Shown: positions 9,161 to 21,200 of the stretch, piece by piece | How the letters are laid out: every line of letters begins with the position of its first letter | Numbering within the stretch: the stretch's first letter is position 1 | Source: Macrostomum lignano | Lineage: Eukaryota | Assembly: GCA_002269645.1 (NCBI GenBank) | Contig: NIVC01003901.1 | Span: forward strand, 1-31,621 | DNA length: 31,621 nucleotides | Reading direction: 5' to 3' | Position numbers and translations under genes: made by a program | The notes under the pieces: model-generated | Seen by the model: only the letters and a program-made list of their open reading frames with translations | Told to the model about the DNA's origin: nothing | Database searches by the model: none

Positions 9161-9226
9161 CCTCACTTCGCGGTTTAATTAGTGAGTGGCGACTTCGGCG
9201 CCCAGCCTGCAGGGAACACCCAAGCT

Positions 9227-12200
9227 TAACTACACCAAGCAGTCTCGCGCATGCACAGGCGTTCGAAAATACGCTCACGGCGTGTTATTCTGCTTCCGTG
9301 CACTTGTATTTTGCACGCAGTCAGTTTCTTTAGACAAATAGACACGGTTTAAGCTAGAGGCGCAGTTGCCTTCTAATAACTACACCAAGCAGTCTCGCGC
9401 ATGCACAGGCGTTCGAAAATACGCTCACAGCGTGTTATTCTGCTTCCGTGCACTTGTATTTTGCACGCAGTCAGTTTCTTTCGACAAATAGACACGGTTT
9501 AAGCTAGAGGCGCAGTTGCCTTCTAATAACTACACCAAGCAGTCTCGCGCATGCACAGGCGTTCGAAAATACGCTCACGGCGTGTTATTCTGCTTCCGTG
9601 CACTTGTATTTTGCACGCAGTCAGTTTCTTTAGACAAATAGACACGGTTTAAGCTAGAGGCGCAGTTGCCTTCTAATAACTACACCAAGCAGTCTCGCGC
9701 ATGCACAGGCGTTCGAAAATACGCTCACGGCGTGTTATTCTGCTTCCGTGCACTTGTATTTTGCACGCAGTCAGTTTGTTTAGACAAATAGACACGGTTT
9801 AAGCTAGAGGCGCAGTTGCCTTCTAATAACTACACCAAGCAGTCTCGCGCATGCACAGGCGTTCGAAAATACGCTCACGGCGTGTTATTCTGCTTCCGTG
9901 CACTTGTATTTTGCACGCAGTCAGTTTCTTTAGACAAATAGACACGGTTTAAGCTAGAGGCGCAGTTGCCTTCTAATAACTACACCAAGCAGTCTCGCGC
10001 ATGCACAGGCGTTCGAAAATACGCTCACGGCGTGTTATTCTGCTTCCGTGCACTTGTATTTTGCACGCAGTCAGTTTGTTTAGACAAATAGACACGGTTT
10101 AAGCTAGAGGCGCAGTTGCCTTCTAATAACTACACCAAGCAGTCTCGCGCATGCACAGGCGTTCGAAAATACGCTCACGGCGTGTTATTCTGCTTCCGTG
10201 CACTTGTATTTTGCACGCAGTCAGTTTGTTTAGACAAATAGACACGGTTTAAGCTAGAGGCGCAGTTGCCTTCTAATAACTACACCAAGCAGTCTCGCGC
10301 ATGCACAGGCGTTCGAAAATACGCTCACGGCGTGTTATTCTGCTTCCGTGCACTTGTATTTTGCACGCAGTCAGTTTGTTTAGACAAATAGACACGGTTT
10401 AAGCTAGAGGCGCAGTTGCCTTCTAATAACTACACCAAGCAGTCTCGCGCATGCACAGGCGTTCGAAAATACGCTCACGGCGTGTTATTCTGCTTCCGTG
10501 CACTTGTATTTTGCACGCAGTCAGTTTGTTTAGACAAATAGACACGGTTTAAGCTAGAGGCGCAGTTGCCTTCTAATAACTACACCAAGCAGTCTCGCGC
10601 ATGCACAGGCGTTCGAAAATACGCTCACGGCGTGTTATTCTGCTTCCGTGCACTTGTATTTTGCACGCAGTCAGTTTGTTTAGACAAATAGACACGGTTT
10701 AAGCTAGAGGCGCAGTTGCCTTCTAATAACTACACCAAGCAGTCTCGCGCATGCACAGGCGTTCGAAAATACGCTCACGGCGTGTTATTCTGCTTCCGTG
10801 CACTTGTATTTTGCACGCAGTCAGTTTGTTTAGACAAATAGACACGGTTTAAGCTAGAGGCGCAGTTGCCTTCTAATAACTACACCAAGCAGTCTCGCGC
10901 ATGCACAGGCGTTCGAAAATACGCTCACGGCGTGTTATTCTGCTTCCGTGCACTTGTATTTTGCACGCAGTCAGTTTGTTTAGACAAATAGACACGGTTT
11001 AAGCTAGAGGCGCAGTTGCCTTCTAATAACTACACCAAGCAGTCTCGCGCATGCACAGGCGTTCGAAAATACGCTCACGGCGTGTTATTCTGCTTCCGTG
11101 CACTTGTATTTTGCACGCAGTCAGTTTGTTTAGACAAATAGACACGGTTTAAGCTAGAGGCGCAGTTGCCTTCTAATAACTACACCAAGCAGTCTCGCGC
11201 ATGCACAGGCGTTCGAAAATACGCTCACGGCGTGTTATTCTGCTTCCGTGCACTTGTATTTTGCACGCAGTCAGTTTGTTTAGACAAATAGACACGGTTT
11301 AAGCTAGAGGCGCAGTTGCCTTCTAATAACTACACCAAGCAGTCTCGCGCATGCACAGGCGTTCGAAAATACGCTCACGGCGTGTTATTCTGCTTCCGTG
11401 CACTTGTATTTTGCACGCAGTCAGTTTGTTTAGACAAATAGACACGGTTTAAGCTAGAGGCGCAGTTGCCTTCTAATAACTACACCAAGCAGTCTCGCGC
11501 ATGCACAGGCGTTCGAAAATACGCTCACGGCGTGTTATTCTGCTTCCGTGCACTTGTATTTTGCACGCAGTCAGTTTGTTTAGACAAATAGACACGGTTT
11601 AAGCTAGAGGCGCAGTTGCCTTCTAATAACTACACCAAGCAGTCTCGCGCATGCACAGGCGTTCGAAAATACGCTCACGGCGTGTTATTCTGCTTCCGTG
11701 CACTTGTATTTTGCACGCAGTCAGTTTGTTTAGACAAATAGACACGGTTTAAGCTAGAGGCGCAGTTGCCTTCTAATAACTACACCAAGCAGTCTCGCGC
11801 ATGCACAGGCGTTCGAAAATACGCTCACGGCGTGTTATTCTGCTTCCGTGCACTTGTATTTTGCACGCAGTCAGTTTGTTTAGACAAATAGACACGGTTT
11901 AAGCTAGAGGCGCAGTTGCCTTCTAATAACTACACCAAGCAGTCTCGCGCATGCACAGGCGTTCGAAAATACGCTCACGGCGTGTTATTCTGCTTCCGTG
12001 CACTTGTATTTTGCACGCAGTCAGTTTGTTTAGACAAATAGACACGGTTTAAGCTAGAGGCGCAGTTGCCTTCTAATAACTACACCAAGCAGTCTCGCGC
12101 ATGCACAGGCGTTCGAAAATACGCTCACGGCGTGTTATTCTGCTTCCGTGCACTTGTATTTTGCACGCAGTCAGTTTGTTTAGACAAATAGACACGGTTT

Positions 12201-15200
12201 AAGCTAGAGGCGCAGTTGCCTTCTAATAACTACACCAAGCAGTCTCGCGCATGCACAGGCGTTCGAAAATACGCTCACGGCGTGTTATTCTGCTTCCGTG
12301 CACTTGTATTTTGCACGCAGTCAGTTTGTTTAGACAAATAGACACGGTTTAAGCTAGAGGCGCAGTTGCCTTCTAATAACTACACCAAGCAGTCTCGCGC
12401 ATGCACAGGCGTTCGAAAATACGCTCACGGCGTGTTATTCTGCTTCCGTGCACTTGTATTTTGCACGCAGTCAGTTTGTTTAGACAAATAGACACGGTTT
12501 AAGCTAGAGGCGCAGTTGCCTTCTAATAACTACACCAAGCAGTCTCGCGCATGCACAGGCGTTCGAAAATACGCTCACGGCGTGTTATTCTGCTTCCGTG
12601 CACTTGTATTTTGCACGCAGTCAGTTTGTTTAGACAAATAGACACGGTTTAAGCTAGAGGCGCAGTTGCCTTCTAATAACTACACCAAGCAGTCTCGCGC
12701 ATGCACAGGCGTTCGAAAATACGCTCACGGCGTGTTATTCTGCTTCCGTGCACTTGTATTTTGCACGCAGTCAGTTTGTTTAGACAAATAGACACGGTTT
12801 AAGCTAGAGGCGCAGTTGCCTTCTAATAACTACACCAAGCAGTCTCGCGCATGCACAGGCGTTCGAAAATACGCTCACGGCGTGTTATTCTGCTTCCGTG
12901 CACTTGTATTTTGCACGCAGTCAGTTTGTTTAGACAAATAGACACGGTTTAAGCTAGAGGCGCAGTTGCCTTCTAATAACTACACCAAGCAGTCTCGCGC
13001 ATGCACAGGCGTTCGAAAATACGCTCACGGCGTGTTATTCTGCTTCCGTGCACTTGTATTTTGCACGCAGTCAGTTTGTTTAGACAAATAGACACGGTTT
13101 AAGCTAGAGGCGCAGTTGCCTTCTAATAACTACACCAAGCAGTCTCGCGCATGCACAGGCGTTCGAAAATACGCTCACGGCGTGTTATTCTGCTTCCGTG
13201 CACTTGTATTTTGCACGCAGTCAGTTTGTTTAGACAAATAGACACGGTTTAAGCTAGAGGCGCAGTTGCCTTCTAATAACTACACCAAGCAGTCTCGCGC
13301 ATGCACAGGCGTTCGAAAATACGCTCACGGCGTGTTATTCTGCTTCCGTGCACTTGTATTTTGCACGCAGTCAGTTTGTTTAGACAAATAGACACGGTTT
13401 AAGCTAGAGGCGCAGTTGCCTTCTAATAACTACACCAAGCAGTCTCGCGCATGCACAGGCGTTCGAAAATACGCTCACGGCGTGTTATTCTGCTTCCGTG
13501 CACTTGTATTTTGCACGCAGTCAGTTTGTTTAGACAAATAGACACGGTTTAAGCTAGAGGCGCAGTTGCCTTCTAATAACTACACCAAGCAGTCTCGCGC
13601 ATGCACAGGCGTTCGAAAATACGCTCACGGCGTGTTATTCTGCTTCCGTGCACTTGTATTTTGCACGCAGTCAGTTTGTTTAGACAAATAGACACGGTTT
13701 AAGCTAGAGGCGCAGTTGCCTTCTAATAACTACACCAAGCAGTCTCGCGCATGCACAGGCGTTCGAAAATACGCTCACGGCGTGTTATTCTGCTTCCGTG
13801 CACTTGTATTTTGCACGCAGTCAGTTTGTTTAGACAAATAGACACGGTTTAAGCTAGAGGCGCAGTTGCCTTCTAATAACTACACCAAGCAGTCTCGCGC
13901 ATGCACAGGCGTTCGAAAATACGCTCACGGCGTGTTATTCTGCTTCCGTGCACTTGTATTTTGCACGCAGTCAGTTTGTTTAGACAAATAGACACGGTTT
14001 AAGCTAGAGGCGCAGTTGCCTTCTAATAACTACACCAAGCAGTCTCGCGCATGCACAGGCGTTCGAAAATACGCTCACGGCGTGTTATTCTGCTTCCGTG
14101 CACTTGTATTTTGCACGCAGTCAGTTTGTTTAGACAAATAGACACGGTTTAAGCTAGAGGCGCAGTTGCCTTCTAATAACTACACCAAGCAGTCTCGCGC
14201 ATGCACAGGCGTTCGAAAATACGCTCACGGCGTGTTATTCTGCTTCCGTGCACTTGTATTTTGCACGCAGTCAGTTTGTTTAGACAAATAGACACGGTTT
14301 AAGCTAGAGGCGCAGTTGCCTTCTAATAACTACACCAAGCAGTCTCGCGCATGCACAGGCGTTCGAAAATACGCTCACGGCGTGTTATTCTGCTTCCGTG
14401 CACTTGTATTTTGCACGCAGTCAGTTTGTTTAGACAAATAGACACGGTTTAAGCTAGAGGCGCAGTTGCCTTCTAATAACTACACCAAGCAGTCTCGCGC
14501 ATGCACAGGCGTTCGAAAATACGCTCACGGCGTGTTATTCTGCTTCCGTGCACTTGTATTTTGCACGCAGTCAGTTTGTTTAGACAAATAGACACGGTTT
14601 AAGCTAGAGGCGCAGTTGCCTTCTAATAACTACACCAAGCAGTCTCGCGCATGCACAGGCGTTCGAAAATACGCTCACGGCGTGTTATTCTGCTTCCGTG
14701 CACTTGTATTTTGCACGCAGTCAGTTTGTTTAGACAAATAGACACGGTTTAAGCTAGAGGCGCAGTTGCCTTCTAATAACTACACCAAGCAGTCTCGCGC
14801 ATGCACAGGCGTTCGAAAATACGCTCACGGCGTGTTATTCTGCTTCCGTGCACTTGTATTTTGCACGCAGTCAGTTTGTTTAGACAAATAGACACGGTTT
14901 AAGCTAGAGGCGCAGTTGCCTTCTAATAACTACACCAAGCAGTCTCGCGCATGCACAGGCGTTCGAAAATACGCTCACGGCGTGTTATTCTGCTTCCGTG
15001 CACTTGTATTTTGCACGCAGTCAGTTTGTTTAGACAAATAGACACGGTTTAAGCTAGAGGCGCAGTTGCCTTCTAATAACTACACCAAGCAGTCTCGCGC
15101 ATGCACAGGCGTTCGAAAATACGCTCACGGCGTGTTATTCTGCTTCCGTGCACTTGTATTTTGCACGCAGTCAGTTTGTTTAGACAAATAGACACGGTTT

Positions 15201-18200
15201 AAGCTAGAGGCGCAGTTGCCTTCTAATAACTACACCAAGCAGTCTCGCGCATGCACAGGCGTTCGAAAATACGCTCACGGCGTGTTATTCTGCTTCCGTG
15301 CACTTGTATTTTGCACGCAGTCAGTTTGTTTAGACAAATAGACACGGTTTAAGCTAGAGGCGCAGTTGCCTTCTAATAACTACACCAAGCAGTCTCGCGC
15401 ATGCACAGGCGTTCGAAAATACGCTCACGGCGTGTTATTCTGCTTCCGTGCACTTGTATTTTGCACGCAGTCAGTTTGTTTAGACAAATAGACACGGTTT
15501 AAGCTAGAGGCGCAGTTGCCTTCTAATAACTACACCAAGCAGTCTCGCGCATGCACAGGCGTTCGAAAATACGCTCACGGCGTGTTATTCTGCTTCCGTG
15601 CACTTGTATTTTGCACGCAGTCAGTTTGTTTAGACAAATAGACACGGTTTAAGCTAGAGGCGCAGTTGCCTTCTAATAACTACACCAAGCAGTCTCGCGC
15701 ATGCACAGGCGTTCGAAAATACGCTCACGGCGTGTTATTCTGCTTCCGTGCACTTGTATTTTGCACGCAGTCAGTTTGTTTAGACAAATAGACACGGTTT
15801 AAGCTAGAGGCGCAGTTGCCTTCTAATAACTACACCAAGCAGTCTCGCGCATGCACAGGCGTTCGAAAATACGCTCACGGCGTGTTATTCTGCTTCCGTG
15901 CACTTGTATTTTGCACGCAGTCAGTTTGTTTAGACAAATAGACACGGTTTAAGCTAGAGGCGCAGTTGCCTTCTAATAACTACACCAAGCAGTCTCGCGC
16001 ATGCACAGGCGTTCGAAAATACGCTCACGGCGTGTTATTCTGCTTCCGTGCACTTGTATTTTGCACGCAGTCAGTTTGTTTAGACAAATAGACACGGTTT
16101 AAGCTAGAGGCGCAGTTGCCTTCTAATAACTACACCAAGCAGTCTCGCGCATGCACAGGCGTTCGAAAATACGCTCACGGCGTGTTATTCTGCTTCCGTG
16201 CACTTGTATTTTGCACGCAGTCAGTTTGTTTAGACAAATAGACACGGTTTAAGCTAGAGGCGCAGTTGCCTTCTAATAACTACACCAAGCAGTCTCGCGC
16301 ATGCACAGGCGTTCGAAAATACGCTCACGGCGTGTTATTCTGCTTCCGTGCACTTGTATTTTGCACGCAGTCAGTTTGTTTAGACAAATAGACACGGTTT
16401 AAGCTAGAGGCGCAGTTGCCTTCTAATAACTACACCAAGCAGTCTCGCGCATGCACAGGCGTTCGAAAATACGCTCACGGCGTGTTATTCTGCTTCCGTG
16501 CACTTGTATTTTGCACGCAGTCAGTTTGTTTAGACAAATAGACACGGTTTAAGCTAGAGGCGCAGTTGCCTTCTAATAACTACACCAAGCAGTCTCGCGC
16601 ATGCACAGGCGTTCGAAAATACGCTCACGGCGTGTTATTCTGCTTCCGTGCACTTGTATTTTGCACGCAGTCAGTTTGTTTAGACAAATAGACACGGTTT
16701 AAGCTAGAGGCGCAGTTGCCTTCTAATAACTACACCAAGCAGTCTCGCGCATGCACAGGCGTTCGAAAATACGCTCACGGCGTGTTATTCTGCTTCCGTG
16801 CACTTGTATTTTGCACGCAGTCAGTTTGTTTAGACAAATAGACACGGTTTAAGCTAGAGGCGCAGTTGCCTTCTAATAACTACACCAAGCAGTCTCGCGC
16901 ATGCACAGGCGTTCGAAAATACGCTCACGGCGTGTTATTCTGCTTCCGTGCACTTGTATTTTGCACGCAGTCAGTTTGTTTAGACAAATAGACACGGTTT
17001 AAGCTAGAGGCGCAGTTGCCTTCTAATAACTACACCAAGCAGTCTCGCGCATGCACAGGCGTTCGAAAATACGCTCACGGCGTGTTATTCTGCTTCCGTG
17101 CACTTGTATTTTGCACGCAGTCAGTTTGTTTAGACAAATAGACACGGTTTAAGCTAGAGGCGCAGTTGCCTTCTAATAACTACACCAAGCAGTCTCGCGC
17201 ATGCACAGGCGTTCGAAAATACGCTCACGGCGTGTTATTCTGCTTCCGTGCACTTGTATTTTGCACGCAGTCAGTTTGTTTAGACAAATAGACACGGTTT
17301 AAGCTAGAGGCGCAGTTGCCTTCTAATAACTACACCAAGCAGTCTCGCGCATGCACAGGCGTTCGAAAATACGCTCACGGCGTGTTATTCTGCTTCCGTG
17401 CACTTGTATTTTGCACGCAGTCAGTTTGTTTAGACAAATAGACACGGTTTAAGCTAGAGGCGCAGTTGCCTTCTAATAACTACACCAAGCAGTCTCGCGC
17501 ATGCACAGGCGTTCGAAAATACGCTCACGGCGTGTTATTCTGCTTCCGTGCACTTGTATTTTGCACGCAGTCAGTTTGTTTAGACAAATAGACACGGTTT
17601 AAGCTAGAGGCGCAGTTGCCTTCTAATAACTACACCAAGCAGTCTCGCGCATGCACAGGCGTTCGAAAATACGCTCACGGCGTGTTATTCTGCTTCCGTG
17701 CACTTGTATTTTGCACGCAGTCAGTTTGTTTAGACAAATAGACACGGTTTAAGCTAGAGGCGCAGTTGCCTTCTAATAACTACACCAAGCAGTCTCGCGC
17801 ATGCACAGGCGTTCGAAAATACGCTCACGGCGTGTTATTCTGCTTCCGTGCACTTGTATTTTGCACGCAGTCAGTTTGTTTAGACAAATAGACACGGTTT
17901 AAGCTAGAGGCGCAGTTGCCTTCTAATAACTACACCAAGCAGTCTCGCGCATGCACAGGCGTTCGAAAATACGCTCACGGCGTGTTATTCTGCTTCCGTG
18001 CACTTGTATTTTGCACGCAGTCAGTTTGTTTAGACAAATAGACACGGTTTAAGCTAGAGGCGCAGTTGCCTTCTAATAACTACACCAAGCAGTCTCGCGC
18101 ATGCACAGGCGTTCGAAAATACGCTCACGGCGTGTTATTCTGCTTCCGTGCACTTGTATTTTGCACGCAGTCAGTTTGTTTAGACAAATAGACACGGTTT

Positions 18201-21200
18201 AAGCTAGAGGCGCAGTTGCCTTCTAATAACTACACCAAGCAGTCTCGCGCATGCACAGGCGTTCGAAAATACGCTCACGGCGTGTTATTCTGCTTCCGTG
18301 CACTTGTATTTTGCACGCAGTCAGTTTGTTTAGACAAATAGACACGGTTTAAGCTAGAGGCGCAGTTGCCTTCTAATAACTACACCAAGCAGTCTCGCGC
18401 ATGCACAGGCGTTCGAAAATACGCTCACGGCGTGTTATTCTGCTTCCGTGCACTTGTATTTTGCACGCAGTCAGTTTGTTTAGACAAATAGACACGGTTT
18501 AAGCTAGAGGCGCAGTTGCCTTCTAATAACTACACCAAGCAGTCTCGCGCATGCACAGGCGTTCGAAAATACGCTCACGGCGTGTTATTCTGCTTCCGTG
18601 CACTTGTATTTTGCACGCAGTCAGTTTGTTTAGACAAATAGACACGGTTTAAGCTAGAGGCGCAGTTGCCTTCTAATAACTACACCAAGCAGTCTCGCGC
18701 ATGCACAGGCGTTCGAAAATACGCTCACGGCGTGTTATTCTGCTTCCGTGCACTTGTATTTTGCACGCAGTCAGTTTGTTTAGACAAATAGACACGGTTT
18801 AAGCTAGAGGCGCAGTTGCCTTCTAATAACTACACCAAGCAGTCTCGCGCATGCACAGGCGTTCGAAAATACGCTCACGGCGTGTTATTCTGCTTCCGTG
18901 CACTTGTATTTTGCACGCAGTCAGTTTGTTTAGACAAATAGACACGGTTTAAGCTAGAGGCGCAGTTGCCTTCTAATAACTACACCAAGCAGTCTCGCGC
19001 ATGCACAGGCGTTCGAAAATACGCTCACGGCGTGTTATTCTGCTTCCGTGCACTTGTATTTTGCACGCAGTCAGTTTGTTTAGACAAATAGACACGGTTT
19101 AAGCTAGAGGCGCAGTTGCCTTCTAATAACTACACCAAGCAGTCTCGCGCATGCACAGGCGTTCGAAAATACGCTCACGGCGTGTTATTCTGCTTCCGTG
19201 CACTTGTATTTTGCACGCAGTCAGTTTGTTTAGACAAATAGACACGGTTTAAGCTAGAGGCGCAGTTGCCTTCTAATAACTACACCAAGCAGTCTCGCGC
19301 ATGCACAGGCGTTCGAAAATACGCTCACGGCGTGTTATTCTGCTTCCGTGCACTTGTATTTTGCACGCAGTCAGTTTGTTTAGACAAATAGACACGGTTT
19401 AAGCTAGAGGCGCAGTTGCCTTCTAATAACTACACCAAGCAGTCTCGCGCATGCACAGGCGTTCGAAAATACGCTCACGGCGTGTTATTCTGCTTCCGTG
19501 CACTTGTATTTTGCACGCAGTCAGTTTGTTTAGACAAATAGACACGGTTTAAGCTAGAGGCGCAGTTGCCTTCTAATAACTACACCAAGCAGTCTCGCGC
19601 ATGCACAGGCGTTCGAAAATACGCTCACGGCGTGTTATTCTGCTTCCGTGCACTTGTATTTTGCACGCAGTCAGTTTGTTTAGACAAATAGACACGGTTT
19701 AAGCTAGAGGCGCAGTTGCCTTCTAATAACTACACCAAGCAGTCTCGCGCATGCACAGGCGTTCGAAAATACGCTCACGGCGTGTTATTCTGCTTCCGTG
19801 CACTTGTATTTTGCACGCAGTCAGTTTGTTTAGACAAATAGACACGGTTTAAGCTAGAGGCGCAGTTGCCTTCTAATAACTACACCAAGCAGTCTCGCGC
19901 ATGCACAGGCGTTCGAAAATACGCTCACGGCGTGTTATTCTGCTTCCGTGCACTTGTATTTTGCACGCAGTCAGTTTGTTTAGACAAATAGACACGGTTT
20001 AAGCTAGAGGCGCAGTTGCCTTCTAATAACTACACCAAGCAGTCTCGCGCATGCACAGGCGTTCGAAAATACGCTCACGGCGTGTTATTCTGCTTCCGTG
20101 CACTTGTATTTTGCACGCAGTCAGTTTGTTTAGACAAATAGACACGGTTTAAGCTAGAGGCGCAGTTGCCTTCTAATAACTACACCAAGCAGTCTCGCGC
20201 ATGCACAGGCGTTCGAAAATACGCTCACGGCGTGTTATTCTGCTTCCGTGCACTTGTATTTTGCACGCAGTCAGTTTGTTTAGACAAATAGACACGGTTT
20301 AAGCTAGAGGCGCAGTTGCCTTCTAATAACTACACCAAGCAGTCTCGCGCATGCACAGGCGTTCGAAAATACGCTCACGGCGTGTTATTCTGCTTCCGTG
20401 CACTTGTATTTTGCACGCAGTCAGTTTGTTTAGACAAATAGACACGGTTTAAGCTAGAGGCGCAGTTGCCTTCTAATAACTACACCAAGCAGTCTCGCGC
20501 ATGCACAGGCGTTCGAAAATACGCTCACGGCGTGTTATTCTGCTTCCGTGCACTTGTATTTTGCACGCAGTCAGTTTGTTTAGACAAATAGACACGGTTT
20601 AAGCTAGAGGCGCAGTTGCCTTCTAATAACTACACCAAGCAGTCTCGCGCATGCACAGGCGTTCGAAAATACGCTCACGGCGTGTTATTCTGCTTCCGTG
20701 CACTTGTATTTTGCACGCAGTCAGTTTGTTTAGACAAATAGACACGGTTTAAGCTAGAGGCGCAGTTGCCTTCTAATAACTACACCAAGCAGTCTCGCGC
20801 ATGCACAGGCGTTCGAAAATACGCTCACGGCGTGTTATTCTGCTTCCGTGCACTTGTATTTTGCACGCAGTCAGTTTGTTTAGACAAATAGACACGGTTT
20901 AAGCTAGAGGCGCAGTTGCCTTCTAATAACTACACCAAGCAGTCTCGCGCATGCACAGGCGTTCGAAAATACGCTCACGGCGTGTTATTCTGCTTCCGTG
21001 CACTTGTATTTTGCACGCAGTCAGTTTGTTTAGACAAATAGACACGGTTTAAGCTAGAGGCGCAGTTGCCTTCTAATAACTACACCAAGCAGTCTCGCGC
21101 ATGCACAGGCGTTCGAAAATACGCTCACGGCGTGTTATTCTGCTTCCGTGCACTTGTATTTTGCACGCAGTCAGTTTGTTTAGACAAATAGACACGGTTT

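Noticed and set aside
9226-9229. TTAA at the array junction as a transposon target site
   Set aside because: No matching TIR partner was seen upstream, the adjacent bases do not fit Kolobok or piggyBac termini, and the far end of the array is outside the window.
9261-9277. CENP-B box in the monomer (GTTCGAAAATACGCTCA)
   Set aside because: Only TTCG of the TTCGnnnnAnnCGGG core matches; the conserved A and CGGG are absent.
957-9333. All ten supplied ORFs (65-95 aa) as genes
   Set aside because: All are short with no recognisable domain or motif. Several lie inside MITEs or repeats (7398-7685, 6087-6312), and 9133-9333 runs into the satellite. This is what chance gives in such DNA. Small spliced exons cannot be excluded without RNA data.
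9227-9376. Monomer as a tandem RNA gene (5S rRNA, tRNA, snRNA, spliced leader)
   Set aside because: GTTCGAA resembles a B box, but there is no A box, cloverleaf, 5S signature or clear Sm site. GGTTTAA matches only 7 nt of nematode SL1. An Rfam/Infernal search would settle it.
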